The position numbers and the translations under genes are program-made. From NCBI GenBank assembly GCA_026025075.1, contig JAPEUI010000059.1:1-64000 (forward strand): 64,000 nt of DNA, written 5' to 3'. This stretch comes from Vezdaea acicularis (lineage: Eukaryota). The notes below the pieces were generated by a model. That model saw only the letters and a list, made by a program, of their open reading frames with translations. It was not told the DNA's origin and did not search any database. Positions 11,360 to 21,788 of the stretch are shown one piece after another (position 1 is the first letter of the stretch; the number at the start of each line of letters is the position of its first letter).

Positions 11360-12718
11360 CTATCTCCTTCTTGTAGACCTTACTGGCACACCACCACTAC
11401 CACCAACGCTATTCGCAAAAGTACCTGGCATATCGACCCTGACACCTTCGTCGCCATCATCATCATCTCCCTCGTCACTGCTAGTCGTCGCGCCTTCGCT
11501 AGAACTCTCAACCGACTGTCGGCGTCTGGTCAGCATTGGCTCTGAAGAGCTAGCATAGGCGGCACTACCTGCAGCATATGCTGAACCAGGAGGCTGACGT
11601 CTCAGCGAAGAATACTGCATGTCAGCAGGGCCAGACACGCCCCGTCTTACTTGTGCGTACTGATTAGATAACTGCGGTGAAGGCGGTGAATAAGTTTGGT
11701 ACTGGAACGGGTCAACGGTAGAATGTTGTGACGATGATCGACTTCGCGACATGGGCGTCCAGTCATCTTCATGGGGCAGAGGCATTCGGGCTGTCGGACC
11801 TCTTCCAGACGATGAAGACACCGGTCTGGTCGATGGCTGTGCTCCTTCAGGCATCGAAGCGTAACGTTGTTGAGGGTATTGATTTTGGTAATATTGCGGC
11901 GCCGTGTAAGGCTCTTGTGGATGGGCAGTAGCATTACGCGATACAGGGCGAGAAGCAGGATTCGAAAAAGCAGCATTTGGACCATAGTAGCTCAGAGGAG
12001 CATAGGTAGCGCCGGAAGGAGCGTTCACCATGAAAGCTGGAGGTGCAGCACCACTGCTTAAGGGCGGGCTATCTTGTGGAGTAGCAGCGCTGCTTTTGTT
12101 ACGTCGACGACTGGCCTTTGCTGGAACTAGTGCGGTGGAAGAACTGCGGCTACTCTTCTTCGTTGTCCGATCAGATCCACTGCCACTCTTTATCTTCTTT
12201 TCTCTATTTTTCACTTTCCCAGCACTATTCAATCTTCGAGTGTGCTTCTTCAAAGCTTCATTTTCAGAGTGAGTCAAATGAACAGTCGACTTGCCCTTCT
12301 CTTGAGCTCTTCGAATCCGCTCTAAGGCCCGTTGTATCAGCATATCTTCCTTTTGCTTCATTGCTCTTTGGACTGCCATAGGGTCCGAAGCGTCGGAGTA
12401 ATCCGAATCAGAGGACATGTCTACGTCGTAGGCGCTAGACTCCCCCCTGCGGGTTCGTCCGCCCACGTCGATACCAGTAAAGCGTAGCTGGTCGCTAGCA
12501 TATCGCTGGTGTTGTGGATCTAATTGTATCTGAACTCCTTCGCCATTATCATCATCCTCTTCAGCACTATCAAGCTCTTCAAACCTCCTCTCCTCTTCCC
12601 ACTGTCGTTGTCGTTCCCACTCCTTCCACTTCTTTCCTCCCCTCGCCCCTGGTGGTCTTCCCCAGGGGGGCACATCGTATGGAGTTCGCGGCCGACCACC
12701 TAGACCGCCTCCTCGGAA
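11360..12718 (-). CDS. Long ORF in the -1 frame of YIP3 with no 5' ATG; probable C-terminal trans-frame extension of YIP3
   Basis: 452 open codons from the slippery site (FRGGGLGGRPRTPYDVPPWGR..QKEDMLIQRALERIRRAQEKGK..) to the stop at 11360. It overlaps the last YIP3 codons, and its first in-frame ATG lies about 100 codons in. Confidence 0.8.
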   Translation of the reverse strand, partial: FRGGGLGGRPRTPYDVPPWGRPPGARGGKKWKEWERQRQWEEERRFEELDSAEEDDDNGEGVQIQLDPQHQRYASDQLRFTGIDVGGRTRRGESSAYDVDMSSDSDYSDASDPMAVQRAMKQKEDMLIQRALERIRRAQEKGKSTVHLTHSENEALKKHTRRLNSAGKVKNREKKIKSGSGSDRTTKKSSRSSSTALVPAKASRRRNKSSAATPQDSPPLSSGAAPPAFMVNAPSGATYAPLSYYGPNAAFSNPASRPVSRNATAHPQEPYTAPQYYQNQYPQQRYASMPEGAQPSTRPVSSSSGRGPTARMPLPHEDDWTPMSRSRSSSQHSTVDPFQYQTYSPPSPQLSNQYAQVRRGVSGPADMQYSSLRRQPPGSAYAAGSAAYASSSEPMLTRRRQSVESSSEGATTSSDEGDDDDGDEGVRVDMPGTFANSVGGSGGVPVRSTRRR

Positions 12719-12721
12719 AAA
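12646..12721 (-). other. Candidate -1 programmed ribosomal frameshift cassette (slippery heptamer, spacer and RNA structure)
   Basis: U_UUU_UCC at 12721-12715; spacer GAGGAG; hairpin GCGGUC/GGCCGC (12708-12688) with loop UAGGUGGUC; second hairpin CCCCUGG/CCAGGGG (12668-12646) with loop GGAAGACCA complementary to loop 1. Confidence 0.75.
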
Positions 12722-13230
12722 GCATTCTCGATTGGTCTGTCCATGAATGCGGCATGGCCCAAGATGCTAACACCACTGGCTCCGATCAGCCAAAGTGCTG
12801 TAGAGATCGGAGAGCCAATGATGCCAAGCGGGACACAGATGATGAGAAGACCTGTGTACAGTTGCGAGGTTGTGAGACGAGTAAACCCTAGCTCAAGATC
12901 CTGCCCACCAAGGCGGCCGATTCCCCACATGCCCGCTATGCCGAAGACAAGGACGAAAAGCAATAAGGGCCGCGTTAAAAGGGCGTAAATCGTAAGCATA
13001 AAGAATAATACAACATAATTGCTCGAGAAATACGTCAAGTTGTAATTCACTCGTGCCTGCACCTCTGAGAAATTTGCAGGCTTTGACAAGCGCTTCAGAT
13101 CAAAGAACTCTGAGATGGGCTTCAGATTCGCGAATCTGGAGCCGATCGACTGAGATCGGACGCTGTCAAATCTGCTCCCCAAGTTGAGCCGGGACGTCAG
13201 AGCGTCGAGAGGGATCTGAATTCGTGCCAT
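12700..13230 (-). CDS. YIP3: Prenylated Rab acceptor 1 (PRA1)/Yip3 COPII-vesicle membrane protein, 176 aa
   Basis: NLKPISEFFDLKRLSKPANFSEVQARVNYNLTYFSSNY, two long hydrophobic segments, and WLIGASGVSILGHAAFMDRPIE. Confidence 0.95.
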   Translation of the reverse strand: MARIQIPLDALTSRLNLGSRFDSVRSQSIGSRFANLKPISEFFDLKRLSKPANFSEVQARVNYNLTYFSSNYVVLFFMLTIYALLTRPLLLFVLVFGIAGMWGIGRLGGQDLELGFTRLTTSQLYTGLLIICVPLGIIGSPISTALWLIGASGVSILGHAAFMDRPIENAFSEEAV

Positions 13231-13976
13231 ACTAAGTTATTTGGGATGTGGACTCAGGAGGGTCGAGCTATGAGAGCAAGGAAGAATTTGTGGAAATGTT
13301 GAGGGAATTGCTGCCTGTGCGAGATTGTCAGCAACTCGTATCCAGAATAGCCACCGCCGCAGACTAGTGCAGGCGAGAGGCAAGGCTTAGCTCTACCTTA
13401 TGCAATAGTGCGATGAGTCGAACTTTGTCCAGTGAGGTCCAAGGAGTCGGAGCTGTGGTGAAAGTCGAATATCTGAGGTTGATGAAGATAAAACGTTCTC
13501 CGTGCCTCGCACGGAAATTTTGGCGAGGCGACTTAAGGGGAAAGAGCTAATTTGTCCCTCAGCTAGGGCGAGGGTGGCTCTGCGCTCGCCAACCCAAATT
13601 GGCATGGGCGAAAAGCTCTGCCTCTGGAAGGCGGGACCCGCTATCTCTTGGCTGCCCGAGGCAGCCAAGCTGCTGATTCTTCTATCTCCGAGCGCAAAAT
13701 CAGGTCACCATGATGAAGGGTTGGAAGTTCTCGATGGCACGCGCCCATCTAGAGAGCGTAAGAAAAGTGGGAAAAGAGCGAATGCATGAGAATTAAGTGC
13801 GGCGGGCAGCGACTTATGTAGCAGCGGACGGCCATTTCTAGCCTGCCACGTTCAGGCGAACCGCGCTAAGGGCCTCTAACAGGGAAGTTGCATCCATGCG
13901 AACAGCTCCACGAATTTTCGATCTCGCGATTGTTTGGCATTGGCATTGACCATTGTCTCCGGCGTTTTGTGTCACA

Positions 13977-15347
13977 ATGAGGGTACGACTGTCCGTTGCG
14001 CTGTTGTTGTTCAGTCTCATTGCGAACGTGGCTGGGTGGTCAAAAGAAGGTACGTTGATCCTCGAGGTGGCATGCCACAGCGCACTGCTAAACTCTTCGC
14101 AGATCATGAAATTTTTAGCTTGCGCGATCAGCTCGCAGCGTCTGAAGGGAGTGAAATTACATTCTATGGTATGCACCTGAGCCCGTACTGGAATCGATTT
14201 CACAGATTAACAGCTCACTTTCCTGCAGACTTTCTGGGTGTGAAAGCCTCCGCCTCGCAAGAGGAAATTCAAAAAGCCTATCGCAAAAAGTCCCGTCTGA
14301 TCCACCCGGACAAAGTAAAGAGCCAACTTGCTGCTACGCGGAGTCGAGAACAAGCAGCAGACAAGAAAGCGAAGAAGGGCAAGAAGCCTGGGGTGGTCGT
14401 CAGTAAACCCCCATCCCAAGCCGAAGTCCAGAAAGCAATCAAGAAAGCCACAGAGCGCTGGGCCCGTCTCGGCGTGGTGGCTACCATCCTAAAAGGACCG
14501 TCCCGCCAGCGGTACGACCACTTCTTGAAGAACGGCTTTCCAGCATGGAAGGGAACAGGGTATTACTATGCACGGTTCAGGCCTGGTTTGACTTCAGTGC
14601 TTCTCGGGCTGTTCATTGTTTGCGGTGGCGGGGCCCATTACGGGGCGTTATATATGAGCTGGAAGCGGCAGAGGGAGTTTGTGCAGAGATATATAACCCA
14701 TGCGCGGCGAGCAGCTTGGGGTAATGATGTCGGTATAAGTGGAATTCCGGGTGTTGACAGCGCTGGGACGCCAGCATCCGTGCCAGCGCCTCAAGAGAGT
14801 GATGGCGGTATGCAGGGATTGAACAGAAAGCAAAGAAGAATGCAAGAAAAGGAGAACAAGAAGGGAAAAGGCTCGAAAGAATCTGGCCGGACAACGCCTC
14901 CAGAGGTACCTGTACCGAAGACAGGGCATCGTGGGGACAAAAAGAAAGTAGTTGCGGAGAATGGTAAGGTCCTCCTAGTTGACTCGGTGGGGAACGTCTA
15001 CCTCGAAGAAGAGAACGAGGAGGGGGAAACTGAGGCGTATCTGCTTGATGTAAGTTAAGCCCACTCACCGACAGCCTCTTAGGTACTAATACGTATTGTC
15101 CTTGCAGATCGAGGAAATTCGTAAGCCTACTATCAAGGATACCGCGCTCTTTCGCTTCCCTATCTGGGCTTTCTACCGTTCCTTTGGACGGCTCCTGGGA
15201 AGCGGCTCTCCTGCTACAGAAGCTGCCACGCTTGAAACACAGAGCGACTCTGGCACAGAGAGCGACGATGCTGTTCTGGTAGAGAAGCCCGGCGCTAATG
15301 GCGCTGCATCAAGGAAACGTAACCGACGAAAGGGGAAGCAAAATTAA
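13977..15347 (+). CDS. ER membrane J-domain (DnaJ) protein, Erj5-like, multi-exon
   Basis: Signal peptide MRVRLSVALLLFSLIANVAGWSKE, then DHEIFSLRDQL, J-domain with HPDK, RYDHFLKNGFPAWKGTGYYYARFRPG and a transmembrane segment. Introns near 14050-14103, 14169-14228 and 15049-15107. Confidence 0.85.
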
Positions 15348-15565
15348 AACCACACTACACCAAAATTCATGGCGTTTCACGGTTAAGCGGGGATCTTGTA
15401 TATTACCAAAAACCAGAAATGCTTCAGAGTACCCTGAATGTATTATTTTTCGTTCGTTTCCTGAGAGGCCAGAGGACTGAATGCTGTGAAAGGCCCAGCG
15501 TTGTAGGTGTTGTGTATCCATTTTTGAACGGCATTCATACGTGAGATGAGACTCCCTGTCACCTA

Positions 15566-15765
15566 GCCCATATAATATGAGGTCGCCCAGATAATGAAAG
15601 CTGAACGCAAAAACCTTGGACTCACGTGCGTCCACGTGAGACTTTCAGTTTTCTTTTACAAGATTGTAACGGGGTTTGCCACCATTGGCCCATGTAATGA
15701 GAGGTCCCCCATATGATGAAAGCGGAACGCAAAAACCTTGGACTCACATGCGTCCACGTGAGACT
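15566..15765. repeat. Two diverged direct copies of a 78-bp unit (period 122 bp), each with an internal hairpin
   Basis: Copy 1 at 15566-15643 and copy 2 at 15688-15765 share TGAAAGC.GAACGCAAAAACCTTGGACTCAC.TGCGTCCACGTGAGACT. Confidence 0.9.
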
Positions 15766-16188
15766 AAGGTTTTGCTTTGCAATACTGTTTGTTTTGTAAC
15801 AGTGTTGAGCGGATCCGTGACAACCCCCTTTCAGCAAAGGTGTCATTTACAGCAAGTCATTTCCCGAGGAATCGAACTTGAAGGGCAAGCGTCTTTTCAA
15901 GGTTGGAAAGGACCTATATTCAGCTACTTGCTAAAAGCAAATACTCCCATAGAATTCACACCCGCCCCTTGTGGCATCATATATCGTCTCTAAAAGCAAA
16001 GTGAAAGCCCCCTCCCCGTAAAGATCGTGAGATAAAGCAAGTCGTAACCATTGCCCGCCAAGCAACCATGCAAGGAGAAGAGGGAAGCAAAGAGCATAGA
16101 AAAACATCAGGCAGAAGTGAAAGCCGAAACACCCCGGGAGCAGTACAAAGATTGCGGAACCTGCCACAACACCCGACCCATAGCTCGA

Positions 16189-16953
16189 CTAATCCATGTA
16201 GAAGTCACCTTTCAAGATCCTCTCCTGGAAATGGTCTGGTGCTCTGACCGGCTTTGGCGTTTCCTGCACCGGTGCGCTGACTGGTGCTGCAGTGCTCGCC
16301 GCTCGTTGCTGCGTAGGGGCGGAGGGGTTGCTGAATGATGCTCGCTCTTCAGCCCTGCGGCTGAGGGACCCGCTCCAATTAAAGCCTTCGCCTGTACCAG
16401 AAGAAGAAAAGCGTACGTTAGATCCCATCTTGCTTGATGGAGTGCTTGTGCTGGGTGACTGTGATGAGATCGTAGACAAACCTCGAGCTCCTTGCGGAGA
16501 CGTACCCTGGCTTGATGAGGCTGCTCGTCCGCCACGAACATCTCTCAATGCTCTTGCGCCAAAACTCATTCGCCGAGCAAAGGGTGAAGAGGGCGTGCTT
16601 GGCGGCACTCCATCTCCATCTTCGATTGCACTTTCTTCGATACCAGTTGAGCCTGTGCCAGAGCTAGACATGCTCCCACGCCGAGCGCCACTAGCTGCTG
16701 CTGCCGCTGCCCATGGAGATGCCTGGGTTGGGCTTCCGGACAACCCGAGAGTTGAGATTGACATACGTCGTCTTTGTTGAGCATTGGCTGCTGCGGTTAT
16801 ACTGCCAGAATACCCACCACTATTCCCGGAAGGCTGAGTCGGATTAGACGGCGCGCGTCCGCCGAAAAGGTCCGAGAGGGTACCTGTCGTGAAAGATGCA
16901 CGTCGGCCTCCGGTGCGAGCCGGGCTGGCAGGGGGAGAATTCTCGTCAGACAT
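16189..16953 (-). CDS. Ser/Gly-rich hypothetical protein with RRxS motifs
   Basis: ORF with RRASF, RRMSISTLGL, RRGSM and RRMSFGARALRD, ending PDHFQERILKGDFYMD. Probable in-frame intron 16392-16505. Confidence 0.75.
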   Translation of the reverse strand: MSDENSPPASPARTGGRRASFTTGTLSDLFGGRAPSNPTQPSGNSGGYSGSITAAANAQQRRRMSISTLGLSGSPTQASPWAAAAAASGARRGSMSSSGTGSTGIEESAIEDGDGVPPSTPSSPFARRMSFGARALRDVRGGRAASSSQGTSPQGARGLSTISSQSPSTSTPSSKMGSNVRFSSSGTGEGFNWSGSLSRRAEERASFSNPSAPTQQRAASTAAPVSAPVQETPKPVRAPDHFQERILKGDFYMD

Positions 16954-18452
16954 GCTTGAATATCGACGATATGCTAGGTGAGGGAAAGTGAGACGTAGTG
17001 TCCGATTGCCAAGTTAGAAGTTGATTATCTACGCCTCAAAATACGCTTTTAATGAGTACGAAGGAGCTGAAAGGTAAGTCGTTCAGGTTGGGAGACGTGG
17101 AACAGTTCGTTACGACGGTGAGTGATCGCTAACGTCAGCGGCCCAGCGGCCCCCGACTCTCTTTAAGCTGTTGAAAATGAGTATGATTGGTTGACGTAAG
17201 CCAATGCCTTTAAAGGTATAGATGTTTGTAGGTTTTCAGACTACCCCGATCGGTAGTATGTACGTCTGAGTACAGAGAAGTTTCGAGATGGTGAAGAGAA
17301 CAAGACGGGCGGAGGGGGAGATAATGGGGAATAGCTGGCAATATGGAGGGGAAGACGCGGACTTAAACTGGATGCGCGCCCCGGAGTGGCGTGAGCGAAT
17401 AGGATGCGGAGAACCCTGGTTGAAAGCAGCTAGCTGGCACTAGCTGCATCGTCAGGGCAAAGTGTCTCGCTAATGACGAAGCCACGCTCGCCCGTCTACC
17501 GCGTTTCCCATCTGAGATGCCCCTCCCATAGCAAGCGAAAATCGGTAGGGTTCGCTATAGCATCAGTGCGGACCAAGGCCATTCTCTTTCCGTGGATCAT
17601 GCTTGTCGGGCCTCATCCCGTTATCCGCTGCTTGGAAGCCTCTTCTCCCGCAATGATGGGTCGACGACATCCTCCGTCTCATATACTGGTCTTGTGACCC
17701 TCTCAATTGAGGGAAATGGCGCTTGGACCGTCCCAGCTTGGACACGTCCTGCTAAGTATACCAGAAAGAGGGAATCTACTGCTACACAATTCTGAAGAGC
17801 TGAATTCGTGTCTACTTTTCACAGCACAAAGGCCTTGTTCTTGATCGGAGCTTGCGCTGAGGTTGCAGACATATCACAGGGATAAAGCAAGCTTAGTTGA
17901 TACACTTTCACTAACCGAGATATGTGAGGCTACATTCACAATTATCACGTCTCAGAGGCATGGCGTTCGTCTGTGGAAACCGTCAATACTCAAGATAAGC
18001 TCGGTTCCTTATGCAGCACAGCGGGATCCCGTTATTGATCAGGGTGAGAAACCTTCGGAATCGCACAGACAGGAAGGAATCGCCTTGCAGTTTCCACAGA
18101 ACACTTGATAGAACGGGCTTCGTATGAACTCTTTACATGTCTTGATTGTGTATCAGCAGTACTCGCAATTACGATCAAGGACCGGCGCTTCTAAGGACCG
18201 TATATTTGGTTCTTGAGGATCTCAAGGTCTTGAGTTATGCCACATCCTCCTAGGCCATACAGCCTTAAATTTTCAGCAGGTTTTGTCTATTCCAGGCTTG
18301 CGTGGCTGCCAAATGGATGAAAGCGTGCGATTCGTGGTATCTGTCACCTGAAATGTAAGTAAAATATAGTTTCACATCGAACCTTGTGGTGGGAAGAAAA
18401 GCGAGACACACCAGTAAGATCATATCAGAGCCCCCACTGTCCCCAATTTATT

Positions 18453-18940
18453 TTACATGAACATCTGTGCTAACTTCACCAGTCCCTGGATGCCTCCGCC
18501 ACCCAGCGCTCCACCACCGAGCGACCCGAAGGCCTCACTAGCCGCACCAAAATTCGAGGATCCCCTTCCACCATATGATCCTACAACACCCAGCGATCAG
18601 TTATCGTTCGAAAAATGGCTCCTCGTATTCTTGCGGACGACGTGAACTCACCTCCCCGGCCTCCGGCCATCCCCGCGAACATCGCTGGCAATCTGATGCC
18701 AAACTGGCTAAGCAACTTTGTCAAAGCGCCACCCGTTATTAGCGGCATAATAACCATCATGAAGACCTTCATGGGGTTCCGTCTTGCAAAGCGCATAAGG
18801 TCGCGCAGCAAGCGCCGCAACTTTTCATATGCTCGACGGACGTAACCTTCGCGTGGTGATCGTCGGTATGAGGAGCTGCCGCTATGGTGGTGATGATGAC
18901 TTCGGCCGGACGATGAGCCGGGACCTGAGAACCAAGCCAT
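18453..18940 (-). CDS. Small hypothetical membrane-associated protein, two exons
   Basis: MAWFSG..YRRSPREGYVRRAYEKLRRLLRDL..NPMKVFMMVIMPLITGGALTKLL. Intron GTGAGT..TAG (about 18581-18651), then a Gly-rich exon ending IQGLVKLAQMFM*. Confidence 0.7.
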
Positions 18941-19977
18941 TGTGGAGTGACGTGAAAGGGTCTTCAAGTGTCGACGGGCCGCGTGATATTGAAGATAGAA
19001 AACTGCGAAAGTTAGATGAGATGTGATAATAACCTCAGCGGTCAGCTCCCTTCTCCAGCCTCTAGGTGCGGCTCCAGACTTCGGGCTGGGCTGCCCCCAA
19101 CCACCGTTTTGGCGCGAAGGTGTCGTTCGGCTAAAGTTTCATTGGACGGGAGGAGGATCTGCAGGGGTCTGAGCTCCCTGCAGGATCCGGGGTCAGCTCG
19201 CTTCTCGAACTGATCGGGCGATCCATTCAGTTTCAATGGACTCGTCCCACAGTCGAATGAGATAGAGACTTTGTTCATTGCTCGATGGGAGAACTATCTT
19301 GGGGTGTATGGCGGATGAGTATGCAACAAGTTGTTCTGCCATTATATTGGGATCTCAGCTATTATAGCAGACTTTTGACATGAAATATCAAGTCCGATCA
19401 TCTCCAAGTCTAGATACATCGACGTTCTCATGGTTTCCGCGCATTCTACCCGTGGCAGTCCAGAATAATCTTCCGAAAACACCATGTGAGGCTTTGAACG
19501 CCGTCAGATAGCTCGAAAAAATACAATCGATATCATCTCCCTACTCTAATTTTTCTATATTCCTCTTGACTACCTGGGGCAGCTCGGCGGAAAAATACGT
19601 GGAGAGCTGATGAAGGAATATACATAATCACGTGCCAATCACCCCACTGTCCACGAAGTGAAGCGGTACTAATTAATTCAACTACACTATCGAAATCTTT
19701 AATTTAACAGTATTTCAAAACAGAGTGGGTTGGGCGCGGGAACAAGTATGGTGTAGATGTAGATTGATCAAGCCACGTTGCACAGCCACAACAACGTCAC
19801 CGCGGAAAGCTTGGTCTCGAGGTTCGCCGAGATGCATTTACACCACAAGGCTCCTACCTGCCACTATCTTCAACGCTCCCCTAGCTCTCCACCTAGACCC
19901 CCTTACATTATCCTCCTCACTATTATAATCTTTCTTACGTCGGTGCCCATCCGATAAAGCCCTAGTTAGCACTCAAG

Positions 19978-20863
19978 ATGACCTGTACGCCCTCATGCCC
20001 CCGCCCCCGCCATGGATCCCTGCTAACCCAATCTCCAGCCTCAGCTCCCGACTACTGTACCTACCCTCCTCTCCCACCCCGATCCCAATCTAACAAACCG
20101 CAGACAAAATCCTCGAAATCGCTCCAACAGCGACCGCGCAACAAATCCGCGATGCCTACAAACGGTACCGCTCCCCCTTCTCCAAACCCCTCAGTCCCAT
20201 CCTAACACCCTTCCCAGCGCCGCCCTAAAATCGCACCCCGACCGCGTCCCCTCCGACTCGCCCGAACGCCCCGCGCGCACCCGCAAATTTCAGGCTATTA
20301 ACGATGCTTATTACACGCTCTCGGACCCCGCGCGCCGCCGCGACTATGATGCTGCTCGGACGTACTCCCGGCCTGGCGGGGCGGGGTTCTATAACTCGCC
20401 CTTTTCGAACGTCGATACGGATGACGAGGCCGAGGGCGAAGACGTTGATGCGGATGAGGAGGTTCCAAGGCCGGACGGGCAGCAGCGGCGGGGTGGATGG
20501 GGTTCGTTCTTTGGGTTCGGGGGCCAGAATGCTCAGAGAGAGGAGAGGCATGCGAATGAGCAGTTTGGGTCCGTCTTCGAGGAGATGCTGAGAGATGAGG
20601 GGCTAGCTGAGGGGCAGGAAGCGGCGCCGACGGGCAAGTTCTGGTCGTTGGTTGGTGCTGCGAGTGGAGGCGCGATGGGCTTTATCATCGCGAATGCTCC
20701 AGGGGCTGTTGCTGGTGCAGTGGCGGGAAACAGGTTGGGAGCTGTAAGGGATAAGCGTGGGAAGAGCGTTTACTCGGTCTTTCAGGAACTTCCACAGGCA
20801 GATAAGGCTAGGCTTCTGAGTGAACTTGCTACAAAGGTCTTTGGGTATGCGGTTGGGAGTTAG
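19978..20863 (+). CDS. J-domain (DnaJ) protein with a C-terminal glycine-zipper-like hydrophobic segment, four exons
   Basis: Exons 19978-19984, 20039-20056, 20104-20164 and 20218-20863 give PDYYKILEI..QIRDAYKRAALKSHPDRV..KFQAINDAYYTLSDPARRRDYD..GAASGGAMGFIIANAPGAVAGAVAGNRLG. Confidence 0.85.
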
Positions 20864-21072
20864 ACATTCAATGCACACACCCAGCCATGTCATTTAGTTT
20901 TGTGCGGCAATAATCAATTGATGAGAGATCGCTTTACAGATACATAATGAAGGTCTCACCCCGCCTCGACGGATTCACGAGTAATAGTTCCCATTGAATC
21001 GGCTGCTGGCTTGAAACAGGTCAAACACTTCTGTCCCTACGTCCTTAAGGTTTGATTGACCATCCTTATGGT

Positions 21073-21788
21073 CTACAATAGAGCAAAAAATACCGCGGTC
21101 ACCAGGGCAGCTGAGAGCGGGATAGCAAGGTCCCAAGGCTTTCCCATATCAGCGTAATGAGTTGCGCTAGATGTAGTGGATCGCTTGGATATCGTGGCGT
21201 TGTGCGGAGGTGTCGGCTCGATGCTTTTGATTGAAGCGTTTCCAACCCTTGGCCAGCACGTTAGTGAAACCCGAGAAGGACCCATTGACTTTATAAGGAA
21301 GCGACTCACTTGTCGATGACACATCCCCGAAAGCACGGAAAGGGAGAAGAAGTGGTTGAATTACCTTCGGTATCACAGAATGTGTGGCATTCGGCCTCTA
21401 CTCCTTTACCCCCTTCGAAGGTAGGGAACTATAAAAGCGAGCAAGACCGAGTCAGCAGGCTGAGCGTCGGAGGAGCATGACAGAATTGATATTTTGCAAG
21501 GATTGAAGCCGGAGAGGATGTGAAAAGACTTACGAGCTTGTCAATGCACCCATCCACACACTTGCCAAATTCAGCCATTCCGCATCCCTGGAGGCAATGT
21601 TCCACTTGCGGAATTGTATCGACAGTTCTGATCTTATGTTGCTTGGCGCCGGGAACAAAGCCAATACCACAATCGACTTTGCACCAGAGACGATCAGACC
21701 CAGGCTGGCCACATCGCGAGCAGTCGGTGAAAGCATTGACGCTCAGGAAGAAAGGGATAGTGGCTAACATGGCGAGTGAGAGCTTCAT
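21073..21788 (-). CDS. Secreted cysteine-rich protein with a probable GPI signal, 182 aa, three exons
   Basis: Exons 21788-21534, 21428-21310 and 21247-21073 join in frame through GT-AG introns. Signal peptide, 12 Cys, S/T-rich linker and hydrophobic C-terminus LAIPLSAALVTAVFFALL. Confidence 0.75.

Noticed and set aside
12671..12673. GTG start for an independent 437-aa gene, as in the ORF track
   Set aside because: It is a non-AUG start only about 27 nt past the YIP3 stop with no promoter space, and the frame is already open back through the slippery site.
12531..12702. Stop-codon readthrough or A-to-I editing (TAG to TGG) of the YIP3 stop as the route to the downstream ORF
   Set aside because: The YIP3 frame beyond the stop closes after about 55 codons and never enters the long ORF, which is in the -1 frame.
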